A DNA stretch of 64,000 nt. It comes from Eledone cirrhosa. Taxonomy: Eukaryota. This document shows positions 12,605 to 25,323 of the stretch, in pieces. Position numbers and translations under genes: made by a program. Positions within the stretch are counted from its first letter, which is position 1. Each line of letters starts with the position of its first letter. The stretch spans positions 286,254,001 to 286,318,000 of the forward strand of contig OZ024741.1 in assembly GCA_964016885.1 (NCBI GenBank), in the 5' to 3' direction. The notes beneath the pieces were generated by a model that ran no database searches, was not told where the DNA came from, and saw nothing but the letters and a program-made list of their open reading frames with translations.

Positions 12605-13372
12605 GGCGGAGTCGCTGGAACTTCGAATAGAATGCCTTGTTCCGGCTCACTGTGTTCAAATCTCACCGATGACAACTTTTCGAGATTGATAAAAACAGTA
12701 GCAGTCTAATACAGGGGTCGATTCTTCTTCTATATGTCTATCTCACTTCCTCTCTATCATGGTCTCCGTCTCTTCCTCTCCACCTCCCTCTCTGGAAAAA
12801 ATTGACTGTGTTCAACTTGGAGAGGGATGGGATATGCCAGGATTAAAATGCCTCAAAATGAGCTGCCTGTAACTACAACACCCTTAGTGTCTATGCATGC
12901 ATACATACGTCTAGGACAATTTAGTTTTTTGAGATTTTTTTTCAAACGAACTTCAAGAAATGAAAATTTGCTAAACTGTTAGTGACTATTCTATAAGAAA
13001 CCACCCTAGACACTATACAACCGCATCTATGACAGAAAATAAAATCTCAAAAAATCGTTTGTTAGAACGGGACCTGTCGATTGAAAGACAGTTGTAATAT
13101 ACTGGAATAGATCAGTTATGAAAAACGTTTTAATATATGAGACTCTGAGGGTGGTGGACTGTCGAATCTTGTAGAGCGTCAAATAAAATGTCATTGCAGT
13201 ATTTGTTCTATTTCTTTACATTCTGAGTTCAAATCCCCCCCCCCCCCCCATGGCAATTTTGCCCTTCATCCTTCCTGGTACGACAGAATAAATTACCATC
13301 CAAATACAGGTATATATTCAATCAACTTTGCTCTTGCTCCCAACATTTTCTGGCTTTGTTGCTAAATTAAAT
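12605..13372 (+). mobile_element. Two decayed SINE copies (~12605-12722 and ~13150-13372)
   Basis: Partial matches to the same B-box and central domain. Confidence 0.5.
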
Positions 13373-13982
13373 ATCCATACATACGAATCATCATATAAAT
13401 TACTCTAATGAAATATTTACTCATAATTATTATTAGTTCAGTTGATATTCTACTCGGTGTCATTTATTAAAGAGCTGATTAGCTATGACAGAATATATGA
13501 TATAACACTCTATATATTCCAGAACAGAAATAAATATAGATCATTGATTTCTTATCCTTGATAGGGCCACATATGGAATGGAAAAGTATGTTATGCGGTG
13601 ACCTTTTACAGTGTCATTGCAAATATGATAATTAATGGTTATTAAAGGAAGTCGAAAGCAGAATACACCTTTCTACATATCAGGTTGTATGTAAGGTCTC
13701 GTGACCTTTGAGGAATTAGTAGGGGAACCGTACTGACATATGGCAATTCAATTTTTTCATTTGAAACCTAGCGGTGCTCATTCCCTCTCCAGGAATTATC
13801 AGGTTGCATAAAAAGAATAATTCTTCTCTTGATTACGTAAAATATGTGCTCTCATAGAGCTCCACCAGATTTAAAATGCCTAAGGCTCACTATTGTCAAA
13901 ATGTTTGTTTTGTTTTTTTTTGTCTTAATGTGAGCCCACTGTGGCTAATAAAGAAATTATTTTAATTTTTATTTTTATTTGA

Positions 13983-14635
13983 ATTGGCAGTATCGGTAGA
14001 CCGTCGGACAACATGCTTTGAGGTATAGAGTTATGGCCCTTTGCGTTCTGAGTTCAAATCCGATCGAAGTTAGCTTTTCCTTTCAACCTTACAGAGTCAA
14101 CCAATAATATAAAGTACCATTAATGCACTGGGGTCAATTTAATCGACTTCCCCCTTCCCCAAAATGTCTGGCCTTGTGCCTATATAAGAAACCATTATTA
14201 TTAATCTAAGTACAAGGCCTGCAATATGTGTGTAGCAGAAAGTCAATTATATCAACACTGGAATGATAAAAGGTAGAGCTGATCTCGAGGTCAACATTTT
14301 TTTTTGGGGGGGGGGCGTGTGGAAGTCGACTGAAATTGATCCCAGGGAATTACTGGTGCTTTATTTTATTGACCCCGTAATGGTGAAAGGTAGAGCTAAC
14401 CTCGGCGAGATTTAAACTTAGAACGTAAAGGGCCGTAACTCTATACCAAAAAGCATATTTCCGACGCCGTTAACATAAATAATTATTTCTAATTTAGGTA
14501 CAAGGCCAGAAACTCGGTGTGAAAGTCAATCAAATTGACCTCAGTACTTTACTGCTACTTTATTTTATCGATCTTTGAAACGTTAAAACTATAATTTTTA
14601 AAGCATTTGTCGGACGCTCTAACGATTCGGTTAAC
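13983..14635. mobile_element. SINE cluster: one plus copy (13983-14200) followed by about three minus copies
   Basis: The same SINE consensus occurs in both orientations, e.g. TTTATTTTATTGACCCCGTAATGGTGAAAGG on minus copies. Confidence 0.7.
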
Positions 14636-15071
14636 AATAATAACAAATTAATCGTTACTTTTCGAAAGAAAGAGATATCTCTATATAAAAAAAATATATG
14701 TTTATATATAGTAGCATACTGCAGGAATTATTCAAGGAAATAGAGTTTTGTCCAAAGCACTTATCAAATTGATAAAGCAATAAGCAATAAGCAAATAGAT
14801 TATTCTAAGAAATAACATATATGTCACGTGATTACATTATGTAAGATTGAAATCATCCTGATATAAATGATTGTGGACGTGACAGAGATTGTATACACTT
14901 GTGTACACGCTGAATATTTCCTAGCATACATACATACATGCATACATACATACACACACACACTTACACACACACACTCACACACACACACACTACCTAC
15001 ATACATACATACATACGTACACACACACACATACATGCATACATACAATCATACATACATACATACATACA

Positions 15072-17405
15072 TGATGATGGCTGCAACTCGATTTCGAGTA
15101 ATGCCATCGCTTGATACTTAAGTGTGAGCATCATGGACGTGGCATTTTAGTCCCGCTAGGGACTTGCCTATGGCCAGCAATACCATGAAACGCAAGAAAT
15201 GTCACATATCAACTGATGTCTGTAGTTGAAGCTTTTTTTAAGTGAAGAAAGGCTTTGCACGGGGCCAGTCCCACTCTCTGAACATCGAATGCATTTGCAC
15301 AAAAAGAAGAACTGGTCTACATCATTGGATGCAAACGAAGTCGCAGGTTTTATAGCAGAGTGGCCTTCTCCTAGAGAGATGTCTTACAAAAGACTAGGAG
15401 TCTCTCACTGCACAAAAAATATGTATTGGATGGCCGTTGACTCTCCGGATTTTTACCAACAACTGATGGTAAAGAGATCTCACGGTAGTTGTCACAGACT
15501 TCTTTGGGTCCTTTCTTGAAGAGGGTTATGAGAATGGCATCCTTTCAGTCCTGGGGGACTGCATCTTTCAACCACACCTGATGGTATATGTTATGCAACA
15601 GATCATATACTTTAGGACCACATTTGTGCACTATTTCAGTCACTATACCATCCTTTCCAGGTGCTTTACCAGTGTTCATTTGTCTCATGGAAGTCTCAAC
15701 CTCTTCCACTATGGGAGGATCATCAGGCTTGTTAATGACTGCTCCATGGCCTCAATAACGTCGGGTTTAACTAGAGGTGCGTGACATAGAAGGTCGTTAA
15801 AGTGTTCACGCCTTGGTTTCATCAGACTTGCGTAACACACTGTTTCCATTCTTTGACCGCAGTGGGGCAAAGACTGTTCTGGATAGGCCAAACACTGTGC
15901 GCAGTTCGTGATATAATGATTTAGAATCTCGACTTTCTGCAGAGGCTTGTATATGATATGCTTTATCGGGCCACCATGCATTTTTTGCTGTTTGGAGTTC
16001 GCGCTACACTCATGCCTTACATTCTTTGAAAGTCTTCTCCGGCTGAGATTTTCCTGCACCATCCTTCGAGCATGACAATAGCTTTTCTAGACATGCTTCT
16101 GTTCCCTCAGAAGGATTTCCACTAATGGTTCATTTGCAGTAAACCAGTCCTAGTATTGTTTTTTCTCTGCATAGCCCAAAGTCGTGACCGCTGCCTCATA
16201 AAGCTGTTTGCTGAAATACAGACATGCATCATCACAGTTGGTAACCTCGATTTGCTGAACTGCTTGAAATTTCTTTCGTTTTTCTGGGCAGACCAATTAT
16301 ACATGTCTGCACCCTGATTCCACTATACTTCATCTTCTTCCCGAACACGAATACGGAGACTTGCCATTAGGAGTCGGTGGTCTGTCCAACATTCTTTCCC
16401 TCTCATGCAACGGATAGATCTGGCATCCCGCAAAGTCTTACAATGACATACATGATCAATAATATGCCAATGACGTGAACGTGGAAGCATCCTGTCACCT
16501 TGTACTTGTTCTTCTGAACGGTGTGTTTTCTATGACAAAATTAAATTCCTGGCCCAGCTGTAACAGCAGAAGTCCATTTTTATTGCATTTTCCCATTCCA
16601 TGACGTCCTATGCTGCATCATGTAATAAAGTCACACCCAACACTAACAGTCACTTTTTACGCTTTTCAAGATTATTCTTAGATCTGCATAAAATTTATCT
16701 ATTTCTTCTTTGGGTCTTACGGGAGTTGGAACATAGACGCTGACCAAAGTCATAAAATGAATAAATTAGAGCGGCAACCTAAGTGTCATAATCCGATCGG
16801 AAATACCATGAGAGAGCTGTGTTAGATGTTGCACCAGAGTGGTTCGTAGAGAAAAACCGACTCATTCCTGGCCAGCCCTTGTAGAATAAGGTGTATCCTG
16901 AGCTTGGTTCCTCTAGTTGGCTATCCTCGGGTAGTTATGTTTCCGAGAGAGTGACAATATCCAGTTGATACCGATGGAGCTCTTTAGTAAGGACAGTTCG
17001 ACGTTCAGGATGATTTGAACTTGGAAAAACGAAAAGAGTGCACACATTCCCACATTCCAGGATGCAATTTTCAAAGATATCATTGAAGATGTATTCTGTC
17101 CATTGTCTGTCTTAATCATTTCCTTTTCGTTATATGTATTCTTTCCGCATAAGTACACAGCCGCCAGCCACGGCAAGCCTTTTATAGACCACCTTTTCTA
17201 CGTCTCTCCGGGCTAGCAGGTGAGCAGTGATATCCCTAGAGAGGGCTGCTTAGTCACTTGAGGTGCTACTGATTCATACCATTGCCTACGTTTGGAGACA
17301 AAACGACCAATATCCCAAGTCGCCTGCGTGTGGGTTTGCTACTACGTACTTCCAGTTTGTTAGGCTTGTACACATCAAACTTCTCTCCATCGACGCAGGT
17401 CTTTC
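15072..17405 (-). mobile_element. Decayed RTE-clade LINE (5' UTR, APE endonuclease, start of RT) plus an adjoining non-coding segment
   Basis: Minus-strand translations LKIASWNV (APE start), PRSRHWHIIDHV and DAVPQD*KDAILITLFKKGPKEVCDNYREISL. RT is cut off at ~15442. Segment 15072-15440 resembles 46476-46910. Confidence 0.75.
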
Positions 17406-17984
17406 AAAATCTATTTATAAATCACTGATGTATATATATATATATATATATATACTTATATACATACATACTTATATACATACATAAATACATATATACG
17501 CGCACACATACATACATAGATACATACATACATACACACAACTTTGCCAACACACACCATCTATTACTTTTACATATTAGCAGATGCACACATACTTGCA
17601 TATATAATAAAATATATGAATAATAAATTAATAGAATATGCATTCATTTGTATAATATAACCTCCATTCAAACCTTGAATAAATGTAGATAACACGGCAT
17701 GTATTTATGCACACCTCTACCACATACATCGGCATTTTTACAGAAGAATAACATCAGTAACATCATTAGAAATATACATAGTTGTGCTTCTGCACTACAC
17801 TGATGCATAAAAATAAGAATGACTATTCACATAGTATCCACATTAAAATACTGCTCACATATTGCGAAACGGTGCTCTGCTGCATAAGCTATGATCTTAG
17901 TTACAAGTCTCATGTAACGAGCATAGATGTCTAAACAGTTGTTGGGGCATGTGCATGATTTATACATATATGGGAATACATATA

Positions 17985-18222
17985 TACATACATACATACA
18001 TACATAATTACATTCATACATACATACATACATACATACATACATACATACATACATACATACATAATTACATACATACATACATACATACATAATTACA
18101 TACATACATACATACATACATAATTACATACATACATAACATACATACATACATACATACATACATACATACATACATACATACATACATACATACATAC
18201 ATACATACATACATACATACAT
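17985..18222. repeat. (TACA)n microsatellite
   Basis: Directly visible; forms the left flank of an R4/Dong-type LINE. Confidence 0.95.
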
Positions 18223-20987
18223 AAAGATTCAGACGAAACCAAACATCAGTCTATAGAGGTATGAAGGGCAAAATAATAAGTGTCACCGAGGCCCCATCGC
18301 AGAAAAACATAGATTCCTTTTGAAGAAGAAATATGGGGTGAAAAGAAGAATTTCAACCAAGATGGAGTGTGGCTAAGAGAAATCCGAAAGAACTATTGCT
18401 CCTACACTACAACAAAAACATACGAAATGAGTGAGGGTACCCTTGAGACTGTGATAGGAAAACTCCAAGAGAATAAAACACGAGGAAGAGACATGATTGT
18501 CGGCTACTGGTACAAAAAACTAATATTCTATCGGAGGTATCTTACTGACCTCTACCAACAAGTTCTTCAGGGAGATACACTTACACCAGAATGGTTTACA
18601 TTAGAACAAACATTACTGGTCCCCAAGAACAAAGACACCCACTTGGCAAAAAACTACCGACCCATTGCATACCAGCACCTGATGTATAAGATGTATACAT
18701 CCTGCCTGAACCTGTTCCTCCAAGATCACTGTGAAAATAATAACATCATCACAGATGAACAAGCAGCTGAAAAGAAAGGAGTTTGGGGATGTGCTGAACA
18801 ACTCCTAATCAACAAAACTGCGATGTCGGAGGTGCGACAACTTAGGAGCAATATGACTACAGTCTGGCTGGACTACAGGAAAGCTTTCGATTCTGTTCCC
18901 CACTCTTGGATGATAGAGACCCTCCAACTTGCTAAACTCCCAGACATTATTGTCAGAGCCATAGAGAGGCTGTCTTCTTCTTGGGCTACTATCCTAAGGT
19001 TAAAGACACAGAGGGAGGACTCTATTTTCACTGATAAAATAAAGTATTGCAGGGGTATATTTCAGAGGGACAGTTTGTCTGTGATATTATTCATCTTGTC
19101 ATTAAACCCCTTGTCCTTTCTGCTCAAGAAATGTGAGGGATACATCATTGGCTCACAAGAGGACAGGAATACAAACCTAACCCATAATTTCTTTGTGGAC
19201 GATCTGAAACTCTATGCCAAGAACATGGATGGGATGAAGAAAAATCTTGACCTGGTTACAACATTCTCAAAGGATATAGGAATGGAATTTGGCCAAGATA
19301 AATGCTCATACATGACTGTAAAGCGGGGAAAAACAACAACCCAATCTAGCAACATTGTCATCAATAGTCTAACTGTTTTACCGATATCTGATAAGGACTG
19401 CTACAGATACCTGGGGATAGATGAGAACATATCCTATAATGGTATCTGCAATAAAGAACGCGTAACCAGGGAATACTACACCCGATTAAGAAAGATCTTG
19501 TCATCGGAACTCTCTGCGCAAAACAAAACAGTGGCTCACAATATGTTTGCTGCGCCTGTCCTAACACCAACGTTTGGAATACTCAGTTGAAAGATAGACG
19601 AAATCCGAGCAGTTGATGTTGGAACTCGAAAAATACTGAACAACACCGGAAACTTCCACATCAACAGTGACATAGACCGCCTTTACTTGAAACGTAAGCA
19701 GGGAGGCAAAGCCTTAACATCAGTCCAGACAACATTTGAATGGCGCATCATATCTCTCCGACAACATCTACGAACCTCGAAGCGTAGGAGCTCGCTTCTC
19801 GAGCAAGTCTAGCTGCATGAAAGAGATAAGATCATGAGAGTTGGGAAGGAATTCCTTGAGAGATATTCCCTGTGTGATAATCAAAAACTCACACCCAGGG
19901 ATGTCGCTCAGCAGTATCGCAGTGAATCCATTGATGAAAAACTGCATGCCTATCAGCAAAAAATCATGCATGGATATGTTGCCAGGAAGCTCCAGAGTGA
20001 GAGTAATATAGATAAGGAAAGTAGTCTATCTTGGACCAACAACCGCTATATTGGCTCCCACTTTGAAGGATACGTTTTGCAATCCAGGAACAGGAGATTA
20101 GCACGAAATACCTGATTCACAAAAGAGATGGGGATACAGGCAAAACACCTAGATGTGATAACAAGTGCAGACTCTGCAGAATTAACATAGAAGATGTCAC
20201 CCATGTCATCAGCAGCTGTCCAAAGATGTCATCGCGGTACTATCTACCTATGAGGCATGATGTAGTGGCCAAAACACTGTACAATGCAGTTCGTAAAAAA
20301 GATAGCCCCGATAATAAACACATTAAAAGCTACAACAATGTGGAAGACATCCATGTACATAATATGAAAGAGTACTGGTGGAATGTTCCAGTAAAAACCC
20401 CAATAAAATGCAGACATAACAGACCAGATATTATGATATGGGACAGGGAGAAGAAAACATGCACAGTAGTGGAAATTAGCTGCCCAGCAGATGCCAATAT
20501 AATATCAAAGATTAGTGAAAGGGAGAATATTTATGCAGAACTGATGAGAAATCTGCAGATACTCCACCCTGATTAGACCTTCAGATTTATGCCTGTGATT
20601 ATAGGGGCACTGGGATATGTTAGTAACTGTCTCAATACAAATCTTGAGAAGCGGGACTTCACAGGAAGAGAAAGAACACAACTAGTTAAGAAATTACAAG
20701 TACAATCCATTATGGAATAGTAAAAATATGTAAAACATTCCAAAAATTTTGCATCTGATAACTGCATATACACATGTACAGATACAAAGCATATACACAT
20801 GCACACATACAACTCAAAACATACACATCCACACATACAATAACATCCATATCTACACATGCATGCATACATATATATCTACCTAGTTGTTGTTGTGTAA
20901 ATTCCAATGAGAGAGTCTTGTGTCTATGTTAGAAACCGACTCTTTCTCTCTATTGGTAAAACTTTGTGAAATTATAAAACCAGAAGA
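18223..20987 (+). mobile_element. R4/Dong-type restriction-like-endonuclease LINE, family 2, 5'-truncated pseudogene
   Basis: RT motifs NYRPIA, VWLDYRKAFDSVPH, GIFQRDSLS and FFVDDLKLY. CRLC..EDVTHVISSC knuckle, MRHD, and HNRPDIMIWD..VVEISCP. Contains stops and frameshifts; (TACA)n on both sides. Confidence 0.9.
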
Positions 20988-21055
20988 ACATACATACATA
21001 CATACATACATACATACATACATACATACATACATACATACATACATACATACAT

Positions 21056-21558
21056 AGTGTACCTCATGGGTGGATTATCGAGGCTTTACAGTTAGCTAAA
21101 GTCCCACAACCATTGGTAGCTGCTGTTGAACGCCTGACCAAGAACTGATACACCAATTTGATCCTTAGAGGTGAGAAGGAGCAGGTTAAGACTGATAAGA
21201 TACATTACCAGAAGGGCATCTTTCAGGGTGATAGCTTGTCAGTGCTACTCTTCGTTCTCTCACTGAATCCACTATCTTACCTACTCAGGAAACAAGGTGG
21301 ACAAAGAAGTGGGCCCAGAAGTATCTCCCATCTTTTCTTTGTTGATGACCTGAAGTTGTATGGGCCAAATATCAATGACATCAAGAAACAATTGGACCTC
21401 ATTACACAATTTTCAACCGACATCAAAATGAAATTTGGTGAGTCCAAGTGTGCATATTTGGCAGTAAAACGTGGAAGAGCTGTACCCTCCTCTAGAAATC
21501 TAGAGATGAACGGCCTGACAATACAACCTCTGCAGTCAGGTGACAACTACAGATATTT
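21056..21558 (+). mobile_element. Internal RT fragment of R4/Dong family 1
   Basis: Nearly identical to 49278-49779 and starts directly after (TACA)n. A more decayed family-2-like piece follows at ~21667-21840. Confidence 0.9.
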
Positions 21559-21861
21559 AATTTGGTGGCAGTTTTTATTTTCAGGTTCCACCAGTATTCC
21601 TTAGTGCCATCTGTCTCAATATATTATTCCTCGTTTGTAGTTAATTTTGTTTTCCGAAGTGCGTTCCATCAACACTGACCGCTTGCACCTGAAAAGAAAA
21701 CTGAGAGGCAGAGACTTAACATAGAGACAAACATCATTTAAATGTCGTATCACATCTACGAACTGCCCAGCGTAGAAGCCCATTTATAAAACAAATCTGT
21801 CTACATGAAGTAGATAACATCGTGGCAGTTGGGAAATATACTCCCTGCATGTATGTGTATC

Positions 21862-21914
<53 letters not shown>

Positions 21915-22490
21915 CAAAGAATAATATTTTAATTAAAGCATTTAATTGATTTTACGACAATTTCGTTAGATTAACAAGAATATTCCTTTCTTGACAGAAT
22001 AAATCAACAGAATTGATTAAATACAGTAACGAGCAAAAAACGTAAATAATAGCATTCAAATATTGGGGAGAAAACGTTAAAACGTTAAAATTCATGAAAA
22101 CATAAAGACGCAATTAAAATTTATCAGTTATAAACAAGAAAATAAAACTTTCAGTAAATATAAATATTTTACGAACTACTTTGCATTGATACTCATATAC
22201 TACTCACATGTTCAATTATGCTTACTAACTGAAGACTAAGAAAACAATAAAAATGTATGAAAGAATACAACGATATATCTTGAATAAAATGAAGATTTAA
22301 TGAATAGGAAACTTACACCAACTTAAGATGCATTAACGGAAGTGATATACTATTTTCAAAATAAATTAGTGATTATAATATTATAAGTATTAAAAAAAAT
22401 CAGACACATTCATACATATATACACTCACAAGTTTACACACATAAATATATTTTATATATATATACACACATACACATATACACACACAT

Positions 22491-22540
<50 letters not shown>

Positions 22541-22542
<2 letters not shown>

Positions 22543-22729
22543 CGAAGGAAATGTGGTAAGGAATCAGGTGGACCATAACGCACCAAAGTACTCAATACTT
22601 GAGGTAGTAGAGTGGGTAATAGGAACCAGTAAGACCCCGACAGCTGAGCTCAAGCCGTTTCGACGGCTAATTCCGTCCAGAATTAGCCGTCGAAACGGCT
22701 TGAGCTCAGCTGTCGGGGTCTTACTGGTT

Positions 22730-22734
<5 letters not shown>
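22541..22734. mobile_element. Fold-back mini-element (family C) with a perfect 55-bp-arm palindrome containing hammerhead 3' halves
   Basis: Arms 22619-22673 and 22680-22734 are exact reverse complements. Contains GAAAC-GGC-TTGAGCTCA-GCTGTC^GGGGTC. (TA)n lies on both sides. Confidence 0.8.
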
Positions 22735-22769
<35 letters not shown>

Positions 22770-22866
22770 TATATACTCATATATACACACACATATATAT
22801 ATATGAACAAAAACACACACGAGCGCAAACACATAAATACTCATACACACGCGCACGCACACACAC

Positions 22867-22906
<40 letters not shown>

Positions 22907-22910
<4 letters not shown>

Positions 22911-23844
22911 AAAGTCAGGACCCCGGCGGCTGAGATCCGGCCGTTTCGACACCTAGGTCCACCTGGTAGCTTTTCAAAATATTTATTATTAGGTTAAATT
23001 TTCCTCTCGTTGAAACACCTACATGCTGGTTTCCGATTGTATGATTTGGTTTGCTTCTGTCCTTGCTAATGTAAAGGATACAACTTAATTTTTTTATTGC
23101 CGTTTGTGTGTAAAAACACTTTTTGTTTTATCTGTGATTTTAATCTGTGACAAGGGGCATAACTCTGCTTTCCTTTATTTAAAAAAGATTATGTTGAGTT
23201 CAAACTTGTTTTGAATTTTCTGATAAACATTTTCTTTTTATTAATTCTACCTTGTCCTGTGATTTCAGAATCACATTGGTACAATGGGAAAACATCAAAG
23301 TTTGGTAACGTTTTTCCTTCGCATTCTTCTATATGTTTACTTAGAGGGACCTTTCTATTATACGGGGTTCTGATTTGTTGCCTATGTACTGTCATACTTT
23401 GTCGGAGTGTCAGCCCTGTCTGTCCTATAAAACGTTCGTGGCAACCTCGGCAGGTAATGATATAAATTAAGTTTTCCGAGTTGCACGAGAAATTATTCTT
23501 AATTTTGAATGTGGATCCGAATTTGAAGTGAAATGTTTGGTCTTCCAATAGGTAGTTAAACATTCCGCAATGAGGTCAGTTGCATCTATTCACGTGAGAT
23601 TCTATTGTCCTAGTCAGTATTTTTCTAATGATTTCGTCTGTGGTTTACTCTTAATAATAGGATGTTTTTGTAAGACATTTTTTTTTTTACTATAGTTGGG
23701 TTAAGTTGTATGTGTGTATAGATTTCTGTGTTTTGCTGGTTGAAGGTTGAGAGGTATGGTATGACATTTTGTTTTCCTTTTTGATTTTGTTTCTCTGAGG
23801 AGTTGAATATTAATTTGTTTTGCTTTTTGAATGTTATCGTTGAT

Positions 23845-23845
<1 letters not shown>
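22907..23845 (-). mobile_element. PLE 3' fragment: GIY-YIG domain, 3' UTR and degenerate hammerhead (~22915-22975)
   Basis: ORF 23189-23563 reads NLIYIITCRGCHERFIGQTGLTLRQSMTVHRQQIR. The minus-strand end reads GAC-CTAGGT-GTC-GAAAC-GGC..GCCGCC-GGGGTC. (TA)n flanks. Confidence 0.8.
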
Positions 23846-23878
<33 letters not shown>

Positions 23879-24078
23879 CATTATATAAATATGGAATCAT
23901 ATGGATACATATATATATGTGTGTGTGTTCACCTCTTTGCAATCTCAAGGGCTTATCACTAATTTAATTCAATTATATTATAGATAATATGCATTGAAGT
24001 AGTCTTTCCAAATAGTAACATTATTCTCAAATTCCAGTTTATTACATGTGCCCGAAGCCTTCCAATGTTTCGATGTTC

Positions 24079-24119
<41 letters not shown>

Positions 24120-24120
24120 A

Positions 24121-24160
<40 letters not shown>

Positions 24161-24180
24161 GTGTGTGTGTGTGTGTGTGT

Positions 24181-24222
<42 letters not shown>

Positions 24223-24277
24223 ATACATATATATATATGTATGCAGAGAGAGACAGACACTTATATATATATATATT

Positions 24278-24360
24278 CGCAATCGTAAGGTTGTGAGTTC
24301 GATTCCTGGACCAGGCGACGCGTTATGTCCTTGAGCAAGACACTTTATTTCACGTTGCCC
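24278..24360 (+). mobile_element. Fragment of a second tRNA-derived SINE type
   Basis: B box in GGTTGTGAGTTCGATTCC, followed by GTCCTTGAGCAAGACACTTTA, a typical SINE body motif. Confidence 0.55.
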
Positions 24361-24567
24361 CTTCTACCTGGAGTTGCGACCGATAGATAGTATTAGTAAT
24401 TGGAAAGACCAACGGAAACATTGTTCCCTCGGTCCGATTTGACGAAGGTCGATCGTTCCTTTATATATATATATATATATATTTGCTCTAGGGTTCTTAT
24501 ATATTTGATATATATTTATCCTTATCGAGCCCTCTTTGGATCTTAGTCTTCACATTTATTATTAACA

Positions 24568-24645
<78 letters not shown>

Positions 24646-24860
24646 AAACTATTTATGTTCATATACGCAAAAATAATGTACTTCACTATCCATTATATGA
24701 TATTGCAAAGTAATTACGTGATGTTAACCGTATTTTTAGAGTATTGTATTGAGATGCTTTATAAGAAGCACTTGGTTTTTGAATTTTCAGTTTGATAGTT
24801 ACTTTGGCACGATTTTTTTCCGCTTGAATAAATCCTGCGGGGTTTTCAGTTAATAACAAT

Positions 24861-24939
<79 letters not shown>

Positions 24940-25097
24940 GTGGGGGGTCTGTATGTTTGTGTGTGTTTATGTACATATATATTTATGTATGTGTGTATTA
25001 TATATATATGTCACTTATGCAACAGCACAGCACGCCATTTTTCATTCCTATATATATATAATAATAATATATATATATAATAATATATATATATATA

Positions 25098-25248
25098 GTA
25101 ATAATAAATGTGACTAAAATCGGAAGAGGGCTCGATAAGGATTATATATATATAAAATATAAAATATATATAAACCCGTAGAGCGAAGATCCCGTTAAGG
25201 GTGAAAGCTGCGATTCTTTGCTTAAACTTTAATATGTTCTTATAATAA

Positions 25249-25250
<2 letters not shown>
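25098..25250. mobile_element. Family B terminal fragment with an internal strand switch; another fragment lies at 24482-24568
   Basis: 25098-25183 matches 42335-42419, and 25184-25230 matches 44873-44930, the opposite orientation. (TA)n flanks. Confidence 0.7.
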
Positions 25251-25314
<64 letters not shown>

Positions 25315-25323
<9 letters not shown>

